NCBI RefSeq assembly: GCF_048403405.1
Contig: NZ_CP183129.1
Reading direction: 5' to 3' (one strand)
DNA: 64,000 bases
Origin: Escherichia coli
GTDB lineage: Bacteria > Pseudomonadota > Gammaproteobacteria > Enterobacterales > Enterobacteriaceae
The notes below the pieces were generated by a model, which had not been told where the DNA came from, ran no database searches, and worked only from the letters and a program-made list of their open reading frames with translations. The translations under genes and the position numbers were made by a program. Below, piece by piece: positions 36,181 to 48,539 of the stretch (its first letter is position 1; every line of letters starts with the position of its first letter).

Positions 36181-36945
36181 ATGAACGATCTATTTTCACT
36201 GGCAGGAAAAAATATCTTGATTACCGGTTCAGCACAGGGCATTGGCTTTTTACTGGCAACCGGCCTGGGTAAATATGGCGCACAAATAATTATTAATGAT
36301 ATTACTGCCGAACGCGCAGAACTTGCTGTAGAAAAACTCCACCAGGAGGGTATTCAGGCCGTTGCCGCACCTTTTAATGTTACTCATAAACATGAAATTG
36401 ATGCCGCCGTTGAACATATCGAAAAGAACATCGGCCCCATTGATGTGCTGGTGAATAACGCCGGTATCCAGCGCCGTCATCCTTTTACTGAGTTCCCTGA
36501 ACAAGAGTGGAATGATGTGATCGCAGTAAACCAGACCGCCGTGTTCCTGGTATCGCAAGCGGTAACTCGTCACATGGTTGAACGCAAGGCAGGTAAAGTT
36601 ATTAATATTTGCTCGATGCAAAGCGAACTGGGACGTGACACCATCACCCCTTATGCCGCATCGAAAGGGGCGGTAAAAATGCTCACCCGCGGCATGTGCG
36701 TCGAGCTGGCGCGCCACAATATTCAGGTCAACGGTATTGCGCCGGGCTATTTCAAAACAGAAATGACTAAAGCACTGGTTGAGGACGAAGCCTTCACCGC
36801 CTGGTTGTGCAAACGGACCCCCGCCGCACGCTGGGGAGATCCGCAGGAACTGATTGGTGCTGCGGTGTTCCTTTCTTCAAAAGCCTCTGATTTCGTAAAC
36901 GGCCACCTGTTGTTTGTTGATGGCGGCATGTTAGTGGCTGTTTAA
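36181..36945 (+). CDS. idnO: 5-keto-D-gluconate 5-reductase (SDR)
   Basis: 254 aa. SDR motifs TGSAQGIG and YAASKGA. Matches K-12 IdnO. Confidence 0.9.
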   Translation: MNDLFSLAGKNILITGSAQGIGFLLATGLGKYGAQIIINDITAERAELAVEKLHQEGIQAVAAPFNVTHKHEIDAAVEHIEKNIGPIDVLVNNAGIQRRHPFTEFPEQEWNDVIAVNQTAVFLVSQAVTRHMVERKAGKVINICSMQSELGRDTITPYAASKGAVKMLTRGMCVELARHNIQVNGIAPGYFKTEMTKALVEDEAFTAWLCKRTPAARWGDPQELIGAAVFLSSKASDFVNGHLLFVDGGMLVAV

Positions 36946-36962
36946 CAGCCACCACCCTACGT

Positions 36963-36984
36963 GCAGCGCGAAAGCGCTGCTTTT
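36963..36984 (+). terminator. Intra-operon hairpin between idnO and idnT
   Basis: gcagcgc-gaaa-gcgctgc followed by tttt. It could be an attenuator or a partial terminator within idnDOTR. Confidence 0.4.
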
Positions 36985-37009
36985 CTGGCACTAATAAGAG
37001 ATAAAGACT

Positions 37010-38329
37010 ATGCCATTAATCATTATTGCGGCAGGCGTCGCGCTGCTTCTTATCCTGATGATCGGCTTTAAAGTTAACGGCTTTATTGCCCTCGTTCTGG
37101 TAGCTGCCGTCGTCGGATTTGCCGAAGGGATGGATGCACAGGCCGTCCTGCACTCTATACAAAATGGTATCGGCAGCACGCTCGGCGGGCTGGCAATGAT
37201 CCTCGGTTTCGGGGCCATGTTAGGCAAGCTGATTTCTGATACGGGCGCGGCACAACGTATCGCCACTACGCTGATTGCTACTTTTGGTAAAAAACGCGTG
37301 CAATGGGCGCTAGTGATCACCGGTCTGGTTGTGGGCCTCGCCATGTTTTTTGAAGTGGGTTTTGTCCTGCTGTTGCCGTTGGTATTTACCATCGTGGCAT
37401 CATCTGGATTACCCCTGTTGTATGTTGGCGTACCGATGGTAGCAGCGCTCTCTGTAACCCACTGTTTTCTGCCGCCACATCCAGGGCCTACTGCCATCGC
37501 GACTATCTTTGAGGCTAATCTCGGAACGACTTTACTGTATGGATTTATCATTACCATTCCGACAGTTATTGTCGCAGGACCGCTGTTTTCTAAACTGCTA
37601 ACTCGCTTTGAGAAAGCACCACCGGAAGGCTTATTTAATCCTCATCTGTTTAGCGAAGAGGAGATGCCCTCCTTCTGGAACAGTATTTTCGCTGCCGTGA
37701 TCCCGGTCATCCTGATGGCTATCGCCGCCGTTTGTGAAATTACGTTACCGAAAACTAACGCCGTGCGCCTCTTCTTTGAATTTGTCGGTAACCCTGCCGT
37801 TGCGCTGTTTATTGCCATTGTTATTGCGATTTTCACACTGGGCCGACGTAATGGACGCACCATCGAGCAAATCATGGATATCATTGGGGATTCTATAGGC
37901 GCTATCGCGATGATTGTGTTTATTATCGCTGGCGGCGGCGCGTTTAAGCAGGTATTAGTAGATAGCGGTGTCGGGCAGTATATTTCACACTTAATGACCG
38001 GAACTACACTTTCGCCGTTATTGATGTGCTGGACTGTTGCGGCGCTGTTGCGTATCGCTCTGGGCTCTGCCACCGTCGCGGCCATTACCACCGCGGGTGT
38101 GGTGTTGCCGATTATCAACGTTACCCATACCGATCCCGCTTTAATGGTACTGGCAACCGGTGCGGGCAGCGTGATCGCATCACACGTAAACGACCCTGGC
38201 TTCTGGCTATTTAAAGGGTATTTTAATCTGACGGTTGGTGAAACGTTGCGTACCTGGACGGTGATGGAAACCCTTATTTCTATTATGGGTTTGCTGGGCG
38301 TGTTAGCCATTAACGCCGTATTGCACTGA
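37010..38329 (+). CDS. idnT: L-idonate/5-ketogluconate/gluconate transporter (GntP family)
   Basis: 439 aa polytopic membrane protein. Matches K-12 IdnT. Confidence 0.9.
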   Translation: MPLIIIAAGVALLLILMIGFKVNGFIALVLVAAVVGFAEGMDAQAVLHSIQNGIGSTLGGLAMILGFGAMLGKLISDTGAAQRIATTLIATFGKKRVQWALVITGLVVGLAMFFEVGFVLLLPLVFTIVASSGLPLLYVGVPMVAALSVTHCFLPPHPGPTAIATIFEANLGTTLLYGFIITIPTVIVAGPLFSKLLTRFEKAPPEGLFNPHLFSEEEMPSFWNSIFAAVIPVILMAIAAVCEITLPKTNAVRLFFEFVGNPAVALFIAIVIAIFTLGRRNGRTIEQIMDIIGDSIGAIAMIVFIIAGGGAFKQVLVDSGVGQYISHLMTGTTLSPLLMCWTVAALLRIALGSATVAAITTAGVVLPIINVTHTDPALMVLATGAGSVIASHVNDPGFWLFKGYFNLTVGETLRTWTVMETLISIMGLLGVLAINAVLH

Positions 38330-38394
38330 AAGAATAAAATATTGTGATGTAGTTTCGGGGGAAGATTGAAGATTCCCCGACGTTGGGAGAAGTT

Positions 38395-39393
38395 ATGCGC
38401 AATCACAGAATTTCTTTACAGGATATCGCTACGCTGGCTGGCGTAACAAAAATGACCGTGAGTCGTTATATCCGCTCGCCGAAAAAGGTGGCAAAGGAAA
38501 CAGGCGAGCGCATCGCCAAAATTATGGAAGAGATCAATTATATCCCTAATCGCGCTCCCGGCATGTTGTTGAATGCACAAAGTTATACCCTCGGTATCTT
38601 GATTCCGTCATTTCAAAATCAACTCTTCGCTGACATTCTCGCGGGAATAGAATCCGTCACCTCTGAGCATAATTATCAGACCCTTATTGCTAATTACAAT
38701 TACGATCGCGATTCCGAAGAAGAGTCGGTGATTAACCTGCTCTCTTATAACATTGACGGGATTATACTTTCGGAAAAATATCACACCATCAGGACGGTGA
38801 AATTTCTGCGTTCAGCCACCATTCCGGTCGTGGAATTGATGGATGTACAGGGAGAACGGCTGGATATGGAGGTCGGTTTTGATAATCGGCAGGCCGCTTT
38901 TGACATGGTGTGTACCATGCTGGAGAAGCGAGTCAGGCACAAAATTCTGTATCTCGGTTCCAAAGATGACACCCGCGATGAACAGCGTTATCAGGGGTAT
39001 TGCGATGCGATGATGCTGCATAATCTTTCCCCATTACGCATGAATCCACGCGCCATCTCATCCATTCATTTAGGAATGCAGTTAATGCGTGATGCCCTTA
39101 GCGCAAACCCGGATTTAGACGGTGTATTTTGCACCAATGACGATATTGCGATGGGTGCGCTTCTGCTGTGCCGCGAGCGAAACCTCGCCGTGCCAGAACA
39201 AATTTCCATTGCGGGTTTTCATGGGCTGGAGATTGGCAGGCAAATGATCCCAAGCCTCGCCAGCGTAATTACTCCCCGTTTTGATATTGGTCGGATGGCC
39301 GCCCAAATGTTGCTGAGCAAAATTAAGAATAACGATCACAACCACAACACTGTTGACCTCGGGTATCAGATTTATCACGGTAACACGCTTTAG
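38395..39393 (+). CDS. idnR: LacI-family regulator of the idn operon
   Basis: The start [26 protein letters not shown] gives 332 aa. The LacI-type HTH is visible. The ORF-track start at 38383 is a non-ATG extension. Confidence 0.9.
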   Translation: MRNHRISLQDIATLAGVTKMTVSRYIRSPKKVAKETGERIAKIMEEINYIPNRAPGMLLNAQSYTLGILIPSFQNQLFADILAGIESVTSEHNYQTLIANYNYDRDSEEESVINLLSYNIDGIILSEKYHTIRTVKFLRSATIPVVELMDVQGERLDMEVGFDNRQAAFDMVCTMLEKRVRHKILYLGSKDDTRDEQRYQGYCDAMMLHNLSPLRMNPRAISSIHLGMQLMRDALSANPDLDGVFCTNDDIAMGALLLCRERNLAVPEQISIAGFHGLEIGRQMIPSLASVITPRFDIGRMAAQMLLSKIKNNDHNHNTVDLGYQIYHGNTL

Positions 39394-39470
39394 GTTATTT
39401 TCTCTGCATTACACATATTCTCTTTGCCGGACGTTGCCTATACTCCAGGCAGGAAACTGGAGGAAATCTC

Positions 39471-40973
39471 ATGAGCGAACCCCTGTTAATTGCCCGCACG
39501 TCGGATACAGAACTGTTTTTATTGCCGAGAATGGCGAATCGTCACGGGCTGATTACTGGCGCAACGGGGACGGGTAAAACCGTTACGCTGCAAAAACTGG
39601 CAGAGTCATTGTCGGAAATCGGTGTTCCGGTGTTTATGGCCGATGTGAAAGGCGATCTGACCGGCATCGCGCAGGCAGGAACGGCGTCGGAAAAACTGCT
39701 CGCAAGGCTTAAAAATATCGGCGTAAATGACTGGCAACCTCATGTTAATCCGGTGGTGGTGTGGGATATCTTTGGCGAGAAAGGCCACCCGGTGCGGGCG
39801 ACGGTTTCGGATCTGGGGCCGCTGTTGCTGGCACGACTGTTGAATCTCAACGATGTGCAATCTGGCGTGCTGAATATCATCTTCCGCATTGCTGATGATC
39901 AGGGGCTGTTACTGCTCGACTTTAAAGATTTGCGGGCGATTACCCAGTACATCGGCGATAACGCCAAATCCTTCCAGAATCAGTATGGTAATATCAGTAG
40001 CGCATCGGTTGGTGCCATCCAGCGCGGGCTGTTATCGCTGGAACAGCAAGGCGCGGCGCACTTTTTTGGTGAGCCGATGCTGGATATCAAAGACTGGATG
40101 CGTACCGATGCCAACGGTAAAGGCGTTATCAATATCCTCAGCGCCGAGAAGCTTTATCAGATGCCGAAACTGTACGCCGCCAGCCTGCTGTGGATGCTTT
40201 CAGAATTGTATGAACAATTGCCTGAAGCGGGCGATCTGGAGAAACCAAAACTGGTGTTTTTCTTCGACGAAGCACATCTGCTGTTTAACGATGCACCGCA
40301 GGTACTGCTGGATAAGATTGAGCAGGTGATAAGGCTTATCCGCTCGAAAGGCGTGGGCGTCTGGTTCGTTTCGCAAAACCCGTCAGATATTCCGGATAAC
40401 GTGCTCGGGCAGCTCGGTAATCGCGTTCAACACGCTTTGCGTGCTTTTACGCCTAAAGATCAGAAAGCAGTGAAGGCAGCGGCGCAAACCATGCGCCCCA
40501 ACCCTGCATTTGATACGGAAAAGGCGATTCAGGAACTGGGCACCGGCGAGGCGTTGATCTCTTTTCTGGATGCGAAAGGAAGCCCTTCTGTGGTGGAACA
40601 GGCGATGGTGATTGCGCCTTGTTCGCGGATGGGACCGGTGACGGAAGATGAGCGTAATGGCTTGATTAATCACTCTCCGGTGTATGGCAAGTACGAGGAT
40701 GACGTGGACCGGGAATCCGCCTATGAGATGTTGCAAAAAGGCTTTCAGGCCAGTACCGAGCAGCAAAATAATCCTCCCGCGAAAGGGAAAGAGGTGGCGG
40801 TGGATGACGGTATTCTCGGTGGATTGAAGGATATTTTGTTTGGCACTACCGGACCACGCGGCGGGAAGAAAGATGGTGTGGTGCAAACAATGGCGAAAAG
40901 CGCCGCCCGCCAGGTGACGAATCAGATTGTGCGTGGTGTGCTGGGGAGTTTGCTGGGGGGGAGAAAAAGATAA
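39471..40973 (+). CDS. yjgR: DUF853-family P-loop NTPase (HerA/FtsK-like)
   Basis: 500 aa. Walker A GATGTGKT and Walker [10 protein letters not shown]. Matches K-12 YjgR. Confidence 0.85.
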   Translation: MSEPLLIARTSDTELFLLPRMANRHGLITGATGTGKTVTLQKLAESLSEIGVPVFMADVKGDLTGIAQAGTASEKLLARLKNIGVNDWQPHVNPVVVWDIFGEKGHPVRATVSDLGPLLLARLLNLNDVQSGVLNIIFRIADDQGLLLLDFKDLRAITQYIGDNAKSFQNQYGNISSASVGAIQRGLLSLEQQGAAHFFGEPMLDIKDWMRTDANGKGVINILSAEKLYQMPKLYAASLLWMLSELYEQLPEAGDLEKPKLVFFFDEAHLLFNDAPQVLLDKIEQVIRLIRSKGVGVWFVSQNPSDIPDNVLGQLGNRVQHALRAFTPKDQKAVKAAAQTMRPNPAFDTEKAIQELGTGEALISFLDAKGSPSVVEQAMVIAPCSRMGPVTEDERNGLINHSPVYGKYEDDVDRESAYEMLQKGFQASTEQQNNPPAKGKEVAVDDGILGGLKDILFGTTGPRGGKKDGVVQTMAKSAARQVTNQIVRGVLGSLLGGRKR

Positions 40974-40991
40974 GTCAGACGTGATCTGTGC

Positions 40992-41030
40992 CCCTCACCC
41001 TAACCCTCTCCCCAAAGGGGCGAGGGGACC
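40992..41030. repeat. Small GC-rich intergenic palindromic repeat, copy 1 (boxC-like; name uncertain)
   Basis: ccctcaccctaaccctctccccaaaggggcgaggggacc. It shares a 21-nt core (ccctcaccctaaccctctccc) plus a hairpin with the copy at 45065-45102. Confidence 0.55.
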
Positions 41031-41091
41031 GTTCGAACTCGTATTTGACTTTGTCAACAATAATAAAGGGAGCTTTCGCTCCCTTGTTAGA

Positions 41092-42174
41092 TTACGATTT
41101 TCTCATTAACAGCCACAGGCTGATTAAGAAGAAGCTGGCGCTTGGCAACAGTGCGCCGATAATCGGCGGGATGCCGTAAACCAACGTCAGCGGGCCGAAG
41201 ATCTGGTCCAGTACGTAGAAGACAAAACCGAAGCTGATACCGGTGACCACACGCACGCCCATCGGTACGCTACGCAGTGGGCCAAAGATAAACGACAGCG
41301 CCATCAGCATCATCACCGCCACGGATAGCGGCTGGAAGATTTTGCTCCACATGTTGAGCTGATAACGTCCAGCGTCCTGACCACTCGACTTCAGATACTT
41401 CACATAGTTGTGCAAACCACTGATGGAGAGTGCATCCGGGTCCAGCGCCACCACGCCCAGTTTGTCTGGCGTGAGGTTGGTTTTCCAGGTGCCGCTCACC
41501 GTCTGCGAACCGGTAATCTGTTTCGGATTGGTCAAATCAGATTCATCAACCTGCGACAGACGCCAGACTTTATGTTCAGGGTCAAACTTCGCGGTAGCGG
41601 CATAGCGTACGGATTGCAGACGACGATTCTCGTTAAAGGCATAAATACTGATGCCACCTAACTCTTCGTCACCTTTAACCCGCTCAATGTAGACGAAGTT
41701 GTTGCCATCTTTCGCCCATAAACCTTGCTGGGTAGAGAGCAACGAGCCGCCGTACATCGCCTGCGCACGGTAGTTACGCGCCATCTGCTCGCCCTGCGGC
41801 GCGACCCATTCACCAATCGCCATCGTCAGCAAGACCAGCGGAATGGCGGTTTTCATCACCGACAGCGCCACCTGCATACGGGTAAAACCAGAAGCCTGCA
41901 TGACTACCAGTTCGCTGCGCTGCGCCAGCATCCCAAGACCAAGCAACGCCCCAAGCAGAGCCGCCATCGGGAAGAAGATTTGCACATCTTTCGGCACGCT
42001 CAGCAAGGTATACATTCCTGCGCCTAACGCGTCGTAACTCCCCTGCCCGGCTTTTTTCAGCTGATCGACAAACTTGATAATGCCCGACAGCGACACCAGC
42101 ATGAACAGCGTCATCATGATGGTGGTGAAAATAGTTTTACCGATATAGCGGTCAAGTACGCCAAAAGGTTGCAT
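41092..42174 (-). CDS. lptG: LPS export ABC transporter permease LptG
   Basis: The start MQPFGVLDRYIGK gives 360 aa. The ATG overlaps the lptF TGA (TGATG). Matches K-12 LptG. Confidence 0.9.
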   Translation of the reverse strand: MQPFGVLDRYIGKTIFTTIMMTLFMLVSLSGIIKFVDQLKKAGQGSYDALGAGMYTLLSVPKDVQIFFPMAALLGALLGLGMLAQRSELVVMQASGFTRMQVALSVMKTAIPLVLLTMAIGEWVAPQGEQMARNYRAQAMYGGSLLSTQQGLWAKDGNNFVYIERVKGDEELGGISIYAFNENRRLQSVRYAATAKFDPEHKVWRLSQVDESDLTNPKQITGSQTVSGTWKTNLTPDKLGVVALDPDALSISGLHNYVKYLKSSGQDAGRYQLNMWSKIFQPLSVAVMMLMALSFIFGPLRSVPMGVRVVTGISFGFVFYVLDQIFGPLTLVYGIPPIIGALLPSASFFLISLWLLMRKS

Positions 42175-43274
42175 CACACCGCTCCTTTACGCGAAAAACT
42201 GGCGCGCAGGCGGCGGACCGGCACGGTGTCCCAAAGGTTGAGAACAATCGCCAAAGCCAGATAAATCAGGTTAACGGTCCACATCCACAGCGTCGGGTCC
42301 AGCTTACCTTTACCACCGTTCGATTTCAGGGAGGTCTGGATCAGGAAGAAAAGTAGATACAGCAGCATGGCTGGCAGCATCGACAGTACGCGTCCCTGAC
42401 GTGGGTTAACCACGCTCAACGGTACAACCATAAGTGCCATCATAAACACGGTGAATACCAACGTGATACGCCAGTTCAGTTCTGCGCGGGCACGATCGGT
42501 GTCAGTGTTCCACAATGTGCGCATGTCCATCTGGTCGGTATCGTTCGGGTCGAGCGCCACCGCCTGGTGACCAATGATCGCCTGATAATCCTGGAAGTCC
42601 GTAATGCGGAAATCACGTAACAGTGCAGTGCCTTCGAAGCGCGTTCCCTGGTTGAGAGTGACGACCTGGGAGCCGTCGCGCAGCTGGGTTAAATGTCCGG
42701 AATCGGCCACCACCACAGAAGGACGTGCATTACCTTTTGGTCGAATTTGCGCGAGGAATACATCTTTGAAATCGCTGCCGTCAACGCTTTCGATGAACAG
42801 CACCGAGCTGCCATTAGTCGCTTGCTGGAATTGCCCTTGCGCCAGCGCCGCCATGCCAGGGTTCGCTTTCGCTTCTGCTAACACTTCATCCTGATGACGC
42901 GATGACCACGGTCCCGCCCACATCACGTTAACCGCCGCGACGATTGCCGTGAATACCGCAAGGATCATTGCCGCTTTCACCAGAACCGCTTTGCTCAGGC
43001 CGCAGGCATGCATTACCGTAATTTCACTTTCGGTATACAGTTTGCCCAGCGTCATCAGCAGCCCGAGGAACAGGCTTAATGGCAGGATAAGCTGCGCCAT
43101 TTCCGGCACGCCCAACCCGAGAAGGGAGAGCACCAGATTCGCCGGAATATCGCCGTCAACCGCTGCGCCGAGGATCCTCACTAACTTTTGACAGAAGAAG
43201 ATCAAAAGCAAGATGAAGAGTATCGCCAGCTGGCTTTTGAGCGTCTCCCGCACCAGATATCTTATGATTATCAC
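42174..43274 (-). CDS. lptF: LPS export ABC transporter permease LptF
   Basis: 366 aa. Matches K-12 LptF. Divergent from pepA. Confidence 0.9.
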   Translation of the reverse strand: MIIIRYLVRETLKSQLAILFILLLIFFCQKLVRILGAAVDGDIPANLVLSLLGLGVPEMAQLILPLSLFLGLLMTLGKLYTESEITVMHACGLSKAVLVKAAMILAVFTAIVAAVNVMWAGPWSSRHQDEVLAEAKANPGMAALAQGQFQQATNGSSVLFIESVDGSDFKDVFLAQIRPKGNARPSVVVADSGHLTQLRDGSQVVTLNQGTRFEGTALLRDFRITDFQDYQAIIGHQAVALDPNDTDQMDMRTLWNTDTDRARAELNWRITLVFTVFMMALMVVPLSVVNPRQGRVLSMLPAMLLYLLFFLIQTSLKSNGGKGKLDPTLWMWTVNLIYLALAIVLNLWDTVPVRRLRASFSRKGAV

Positions 43275-43537
43275 TTTAAATACGCCCGTAAAAACTCGTC
43301 TTTTGCAGGATTTTAGCTTGTTTCATGGCTTAAACGTCATTTATTCTCTTGAGTCGTCGAAATCGTCGCTAAGATAATTATACTCAACGGATTCACCTCT
43401 CAGATTTTGTTCTGACGTGCCAATGCCGTAATAACGTTAAGATTAACACGAAGTCATCGCAACAGCGGACATGAGTTACGAAAGCTTGCAATTCTATCTG
43501 TAGCCACCGCCGTTGTCTTTAAGATTCAGGAGCGTAG

Positions 43538-45052
<1,515 letters not shown>

Positions 45053-45064
45053 GTTTGCGTTTTA

Positions 45065-45102
45065 CCCTCACCCTAACCCTCTCCCTAAGGGAGAGGGAAC
45101 CG
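45065..45102. repeat. Small GC-rich intergenic palindromic repeat, copy 2
   Basis: ccctcaccctaaccctctccctaagggagagggaaccg. It has the same 21-nt core as copy 1 and sits between pepA and holC. Confidence 0.55.
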
Positions 45103-45185
45103 ATCGAGCGCAATAGAAATTCATTGCTCATCTTTCAGGGTGAGGAATGCAGCAATATTTAAATCCACCACAAGAAGCCCCATAT

Positions 45186-45629
45186 ATGAAAAACGCGACG
45201 TTCTACCTTCTGGACAATGACACCACCGTCGATGGCTTAAGCGCCGTTGAGCAACTGGTGTGTGAAATTGCCGCAGAACGTTGGCGCAGCGGTAAGCGTG
45301 TGCTCATCGCCTGTGAAGATGAAAAGCAGGCTTACCGGCTGGATGAAGCCCTGTGGGCGCGTCCGGCAGAAAGCTTTGTCCCGCATAATTTAGCGGGAGA
45401 AGGACCGCGCGGCGGTGCGCCGGTGGAGATCGCCTGGCCGCAAAAGCGCAGCAGCAGCCCGCGCGATATATTGATTAGTCTGCGAACAAGCTTTGCAGAT
45501 TTTGCCACCGCTTTCACAGAAGTGGTAGACTTCGTTCCTTATGAAGATTCTCTGAAACAACTGGCGCGCGAACGCTATAAAGCCTACCGCGTGGCTGGTT
45601 TCAACCTGAATACGGCAACCTGGAAATAA
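45186..45629 (+). CDS. holC: DNA polymerase III chi subunit
   Basis: The start [13 protein letters not shown] gives 147 aa. The stop overlaps the valS start (TAATG). Matches K-12 HolC. Confidence 0.9.
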   Translation: MKNATFYLLDNDTTVDGLSAVEQLVCEIAAERWRSGKRVLIACEDEKQAYRLDEALWARPAESFVPHNLAGEGPRGGAPVEIAWPQKRSSSPRDILISLRTSFADFATAFTEVVDFVPYEDSLKQLARERYKAYRVAGFNLNTATWK

Positions 45630-48484
45630 TGGAAAAGACATACAACCCACAAGATATCGAACAGCCGCTTTACGAGCACTGGGAAAAGCAGGGCTACTTT
45701 AAGCCTAATGGCGATGAAAGCCAGGAAAGTTTCTGCATCATGATCCCGCCGCCGAACGTCACCGGCAGTTTGCATATGGGTCACGCCTTCCAGCAAACCA
45801 TCATGGATACCATGATCCGCTATCAGCGCATGCAGGGCAAAAACACCCTGTGGCAGGTCGGTACTGACCACGCCGGGATCGCTACCCAGATGGTCGTTGA
45901 GCGCAAGATTGCCGCAGAAGAAGGTAAAACCCGTCACGACTACGGCCGCGAAGCTTTCATCGACAAAATCTGGGAATGGAAAGCGGAATCCGGCGGCACC
46001 ATTACCCGTCAGATGCGCCGTCTCGGCAACTCCGTGGACTGGGAGCGTGAACGCTTCACCATGGACGAAGGCCTGTCCAATGCGGTGAAAGAAGTTTTCG
46101 TTCGTCTGTATAAAGAAGACCTGATTTACCGTGGCAAACGCCTGGTAAACTGGGATCCGAAACTGCGCACCGCTATCTCTGACCTGGAAGTCGAAAACCG
46201 CGAATCGAAAGGTTCGATGTGGCACATCCGCTATCCGCTGGCTGACGGCGCGAAAACCGCAGACGGTAAAGATTACCTGGTGGTTGCGACTACCCGTCCG
46301 GAAACCCTGCTGGGCGATACCGGTGTAGCCGTTAACCCGGAAGATCCGCGTTACAAAGATCTGATTGGCAAATATGTCATTCTGCCGCTGGTTAACCGTC
46401 GTATTCCGATCGTTGGCGACGAACACGCCGACATGGAAAAAGGCACCGGCTGCGTGAAGATCACCCCGGCGCACGACTTTAACGACTATGAAGTCGGTAA
46501 ACGTCACGCCCTGCCGATGATCAACATCCTGACCTTTGACGGCGATATCCGTGAAAGCGCCCAGGTGTTCGATACCAAAGGTAACGAATCTGACGTTTAT
46601 TCCAGCGAGATCCCGGCAGAATTCCAGAAACTGGAGCGTTTTGCTGCACGTAAAGCGGTCGTTGCTGCGGTTGACGCACTCGGCCTGCTGGAAGAAATTA
46701 AACCGCACGACCTGACCGTTCCTTACGGCGACCGTGGCGGCGTAGTTATCGAACCGATGCTGACCGACCAGTGGTACGTGCGTGCCGATGTCCTGGCGAA
46801 ACCGGCGGTTGAAGCGGTTGAGAACGGCGACATTCAGTTCGTACCGAAGCAGTACGAAAACATGTACTTCTCCTGGATGCGCGATATTCAGGACTGGTGT
46901 ATCTCTCGTCAGCTGTGGTGGGGTCACCGTATCCCGGCATGGTATGACGAAGCGGGTAACGTTTATGTTGGCCGCAACGAAGACGAAGTGCGTAAAGAAA
47001 ATAACCTCGGTGCTGATGTTGTCCTGCGTCAGGACGAAGACGTTCTCGACACCTGGTTCTCTTCTGCGCTGTGGACCTTCTCTACCCTTGGCTGGCCGGA
47101 AAATACCGACGCCCTGCGTCAGTTCCACCCAACCAGCGTGATGGTATCTGGTTTCGACATCATCTTCTTCTGGATTGCCCGCATGATCATGATGACCATG
47201 CACTTCATCAAAGATGAAAATGGCAAACCGCAGGTGCCGTTCCACACTGTTTACATGACCGGTCTGATTCGTGACGACGAAGGCCAGAAGATGTCCAAAT
47301 CCAAGGGTAACGTTATCGACCCGCTGGATATGGTTGACGGTATTTCGCTGCCGGAACTGCTGGAGAAACGTACCGGCAATATGATGCAGCCGCAGCTGGC
47401 GGACAAAATCCGTAAGCGCACCGAGAAGCAGTTCCCGAACGGCATTGAGCCGCACGGTACTGACGCGCTGCGCTTCACCCTGGCGGCGCTGGCTTCTACC
47501 GGTCGTGACATCAACTGGGATATGAAGCGTCTGGAAGGCTACCGTAACTTCTGTAACAAGCTGTGGAACGCCAGCCGCTTTGTGCTGATGAACACAGAAG
47601 GTCAGGATTGCGGCTTCAACGGCGGCGAAATGACGCTATCGCTGGCGGACCGCTGGATTCTGGCGGAGTTCAACCAGACCATCAAAGCGTACCGCGAAGC
47701 GCTGGACAGCTTCCGCTTCGATATCGCTGCAGGCATTCTGTATGAATTCACCTGGAACCAGTTCTGTGACTGGTATCTCGAGCTGACCAAGCCGGTAATG
47801 AACGGTGGAACAGAAGCCGAACTGCGCGGTACTCGCCATACGCTGGTGACTGTACTGGAAGGTCTGCTGCGCCTCGCGCATCCGATCATTCCGTTCATCA
47901 CCGAAACCATCTGGCAGCGTGTGAAAGTACTTTGCGGTATCACTGCCGACACCATCATGCTGCAGCCGTTCCCGCAGTACGATGCGTCTCAGGTTGATGA
48001 AGCCGCACTGGCCGACACCGAGTGGCTGAAACAGGCGATCGTTGCTGTACGTAACATCCGTGCAGAAATGAACATCGCGCCGGGCAAACCGCTGGAACTG
48101 CTGCTGCGTGGTTGCAGCGCGGATGCAGAACGTCGCGTAAATGAAAACCGTGGCTTCCTGCAAACCCTGGCGCGTCTGGAAAGCATCACCGTGCTGCCTG
48201 CCGATGACAAAGGTCCGGTTTCCGTTACGAAGATCATCGACGGCGTAGAGCTGCTGATCCCGATGGCTGGCCTCATCAACAAAGAAGATGAGCTGGCGCG
48301 TCTGGCGAAAGAAGTGGCGAAGATCGAAGGCGAAATCAGCCGTATCGAGAACAAGCTGGCGAATGAAGGCTTTGTCGCCCGCGCACCGGAAGCGGTCATC
48401 GCGAAAGAGCGTGAGAAGCTGGAAGGCTATGCGGAAGCGAAAGCGAAGCTGATTGAACAGCAGGCTGTTATCGCCGCGCTGTAA
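45629..48484 (+). CDS. valS: Valyl-tRNA synthetase
   Basis: 951 aa. Class I motifs [13 protein letters not shown] (HIGH) and KMSKSKGN (KMSKS) are visible. Confidence 0.95.
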   Translation: MEKTYNPQDIEQPLYEHWEKQGYFKPNGDESQESFCIMIPPPNVTGSLHMGHAFQQTIMDTMIRYQRMQGKNTLWQVGTDHAGIATQMVVERKIAAEEGKTRHDYGREAFIDKIWEWKAESGGTITRQMRRLGNSVDWERERFTMDEGLSNAVKEVFVRLYKEDLIYRGKRLVNWDPKLRTAISDLEVENRESKGSMWHIRYPLADGAKTADGKDYLVVATTRPETLLGDTGVAVNPEDPRYKDLIGKYVILPLVNRRIPIVGDEHADMEKGTGCVKITPAHDFNDYEVGKRHALPMINILTFDGDIRESAQVFDTKGNESDVYSSEIPAEFQKLERFAARKAVVAAVDALGLLEEIKPHDLTVPYGDRGGVVIEPMLTDQWYVRADVLAKPAVEAVENGDIQFVPKQYENMYFSWMRDIQDWCISRQLWWGHRIPAWYDEAGNVYVGRNEDEVRKENNLGADVVLRQDEDVLDTWFSSALWTFSTLGWPENTDALRQFHPTSVMVSGFDIIFFWIARMIMMTMHFIKDENGKPQVPFHTVYMTGLIRDDEGQKMSKSKGNVIDPLDMVDGISLPELLEKRTGNMMQPQLADKIRKRTEKQFPNGIEPHGTDALRFTLAALASTGRDINWDMKRLEGYRNFCNKLWNASRFVLMNTEGQDCGFNGGEMTLSLADRWILAEFNQTIKAYREALDSFRFDIAAGILYEFTWNQFCDWYLELTKPVMNGGTEAELRGTRHTLVTVLEGLLRLAHPIIPFITETIWQRVKVLCGITADTIMLQPFPQYDASQVDEAALADTEWLKQAIVAVRNIRAEMNIAPGKPLELLLRGCSADAERRVNENRGFLQTLARLESITVLPADDKGPVSVTKIIDGVELLIPMAGLINKEDELARLAKEVAKIEGEISRIENKLANEGFVARAPEAVIAKEREKLEGYAEAKAKLIEQQAVIAAL

Positions 48485-48506
48485 TCAAAACACAGTGATG
48501 AAAACG

Positions 48507-48534
48507 AAGGCCGGAGCATGCTCCGGCCTTTTTT
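48507..48534. terminator. Bidirectional rho-independent terminator between valS and yjgN
   Basis: aaggccggagc-atg-ctccggcctt followed by tttt. An A-run lies upstream. Confidence 0.8.
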
Positions 48535-48539
48535 ATCTC

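Noticed and set aside
36991-38406. Two long minus-strand ORFs (188 aa and 254 aa)
   Set aside because: Both are antisense to idnT, a well-supported GntP-family transporter. Their products are Ala/Pro/Thr/Ile-rich mirror-frame artefacts.
40383-40886. 167-aa minus-strand ORF
   Set aside because: It is antisense to yjgR. Its product is an Arg/His-rich artefact.
45584-47455. 623-aa ORF on the minus strand
   Set aside because: It lies entirely antisense to valS, whose product is unmistakable (HIGH and KMSKS motifs, full length). The antisense product is a low-complexity R/H/V/F-rich string with no start context. This is the typical stop-free antisense frame of a highly expressed gene.
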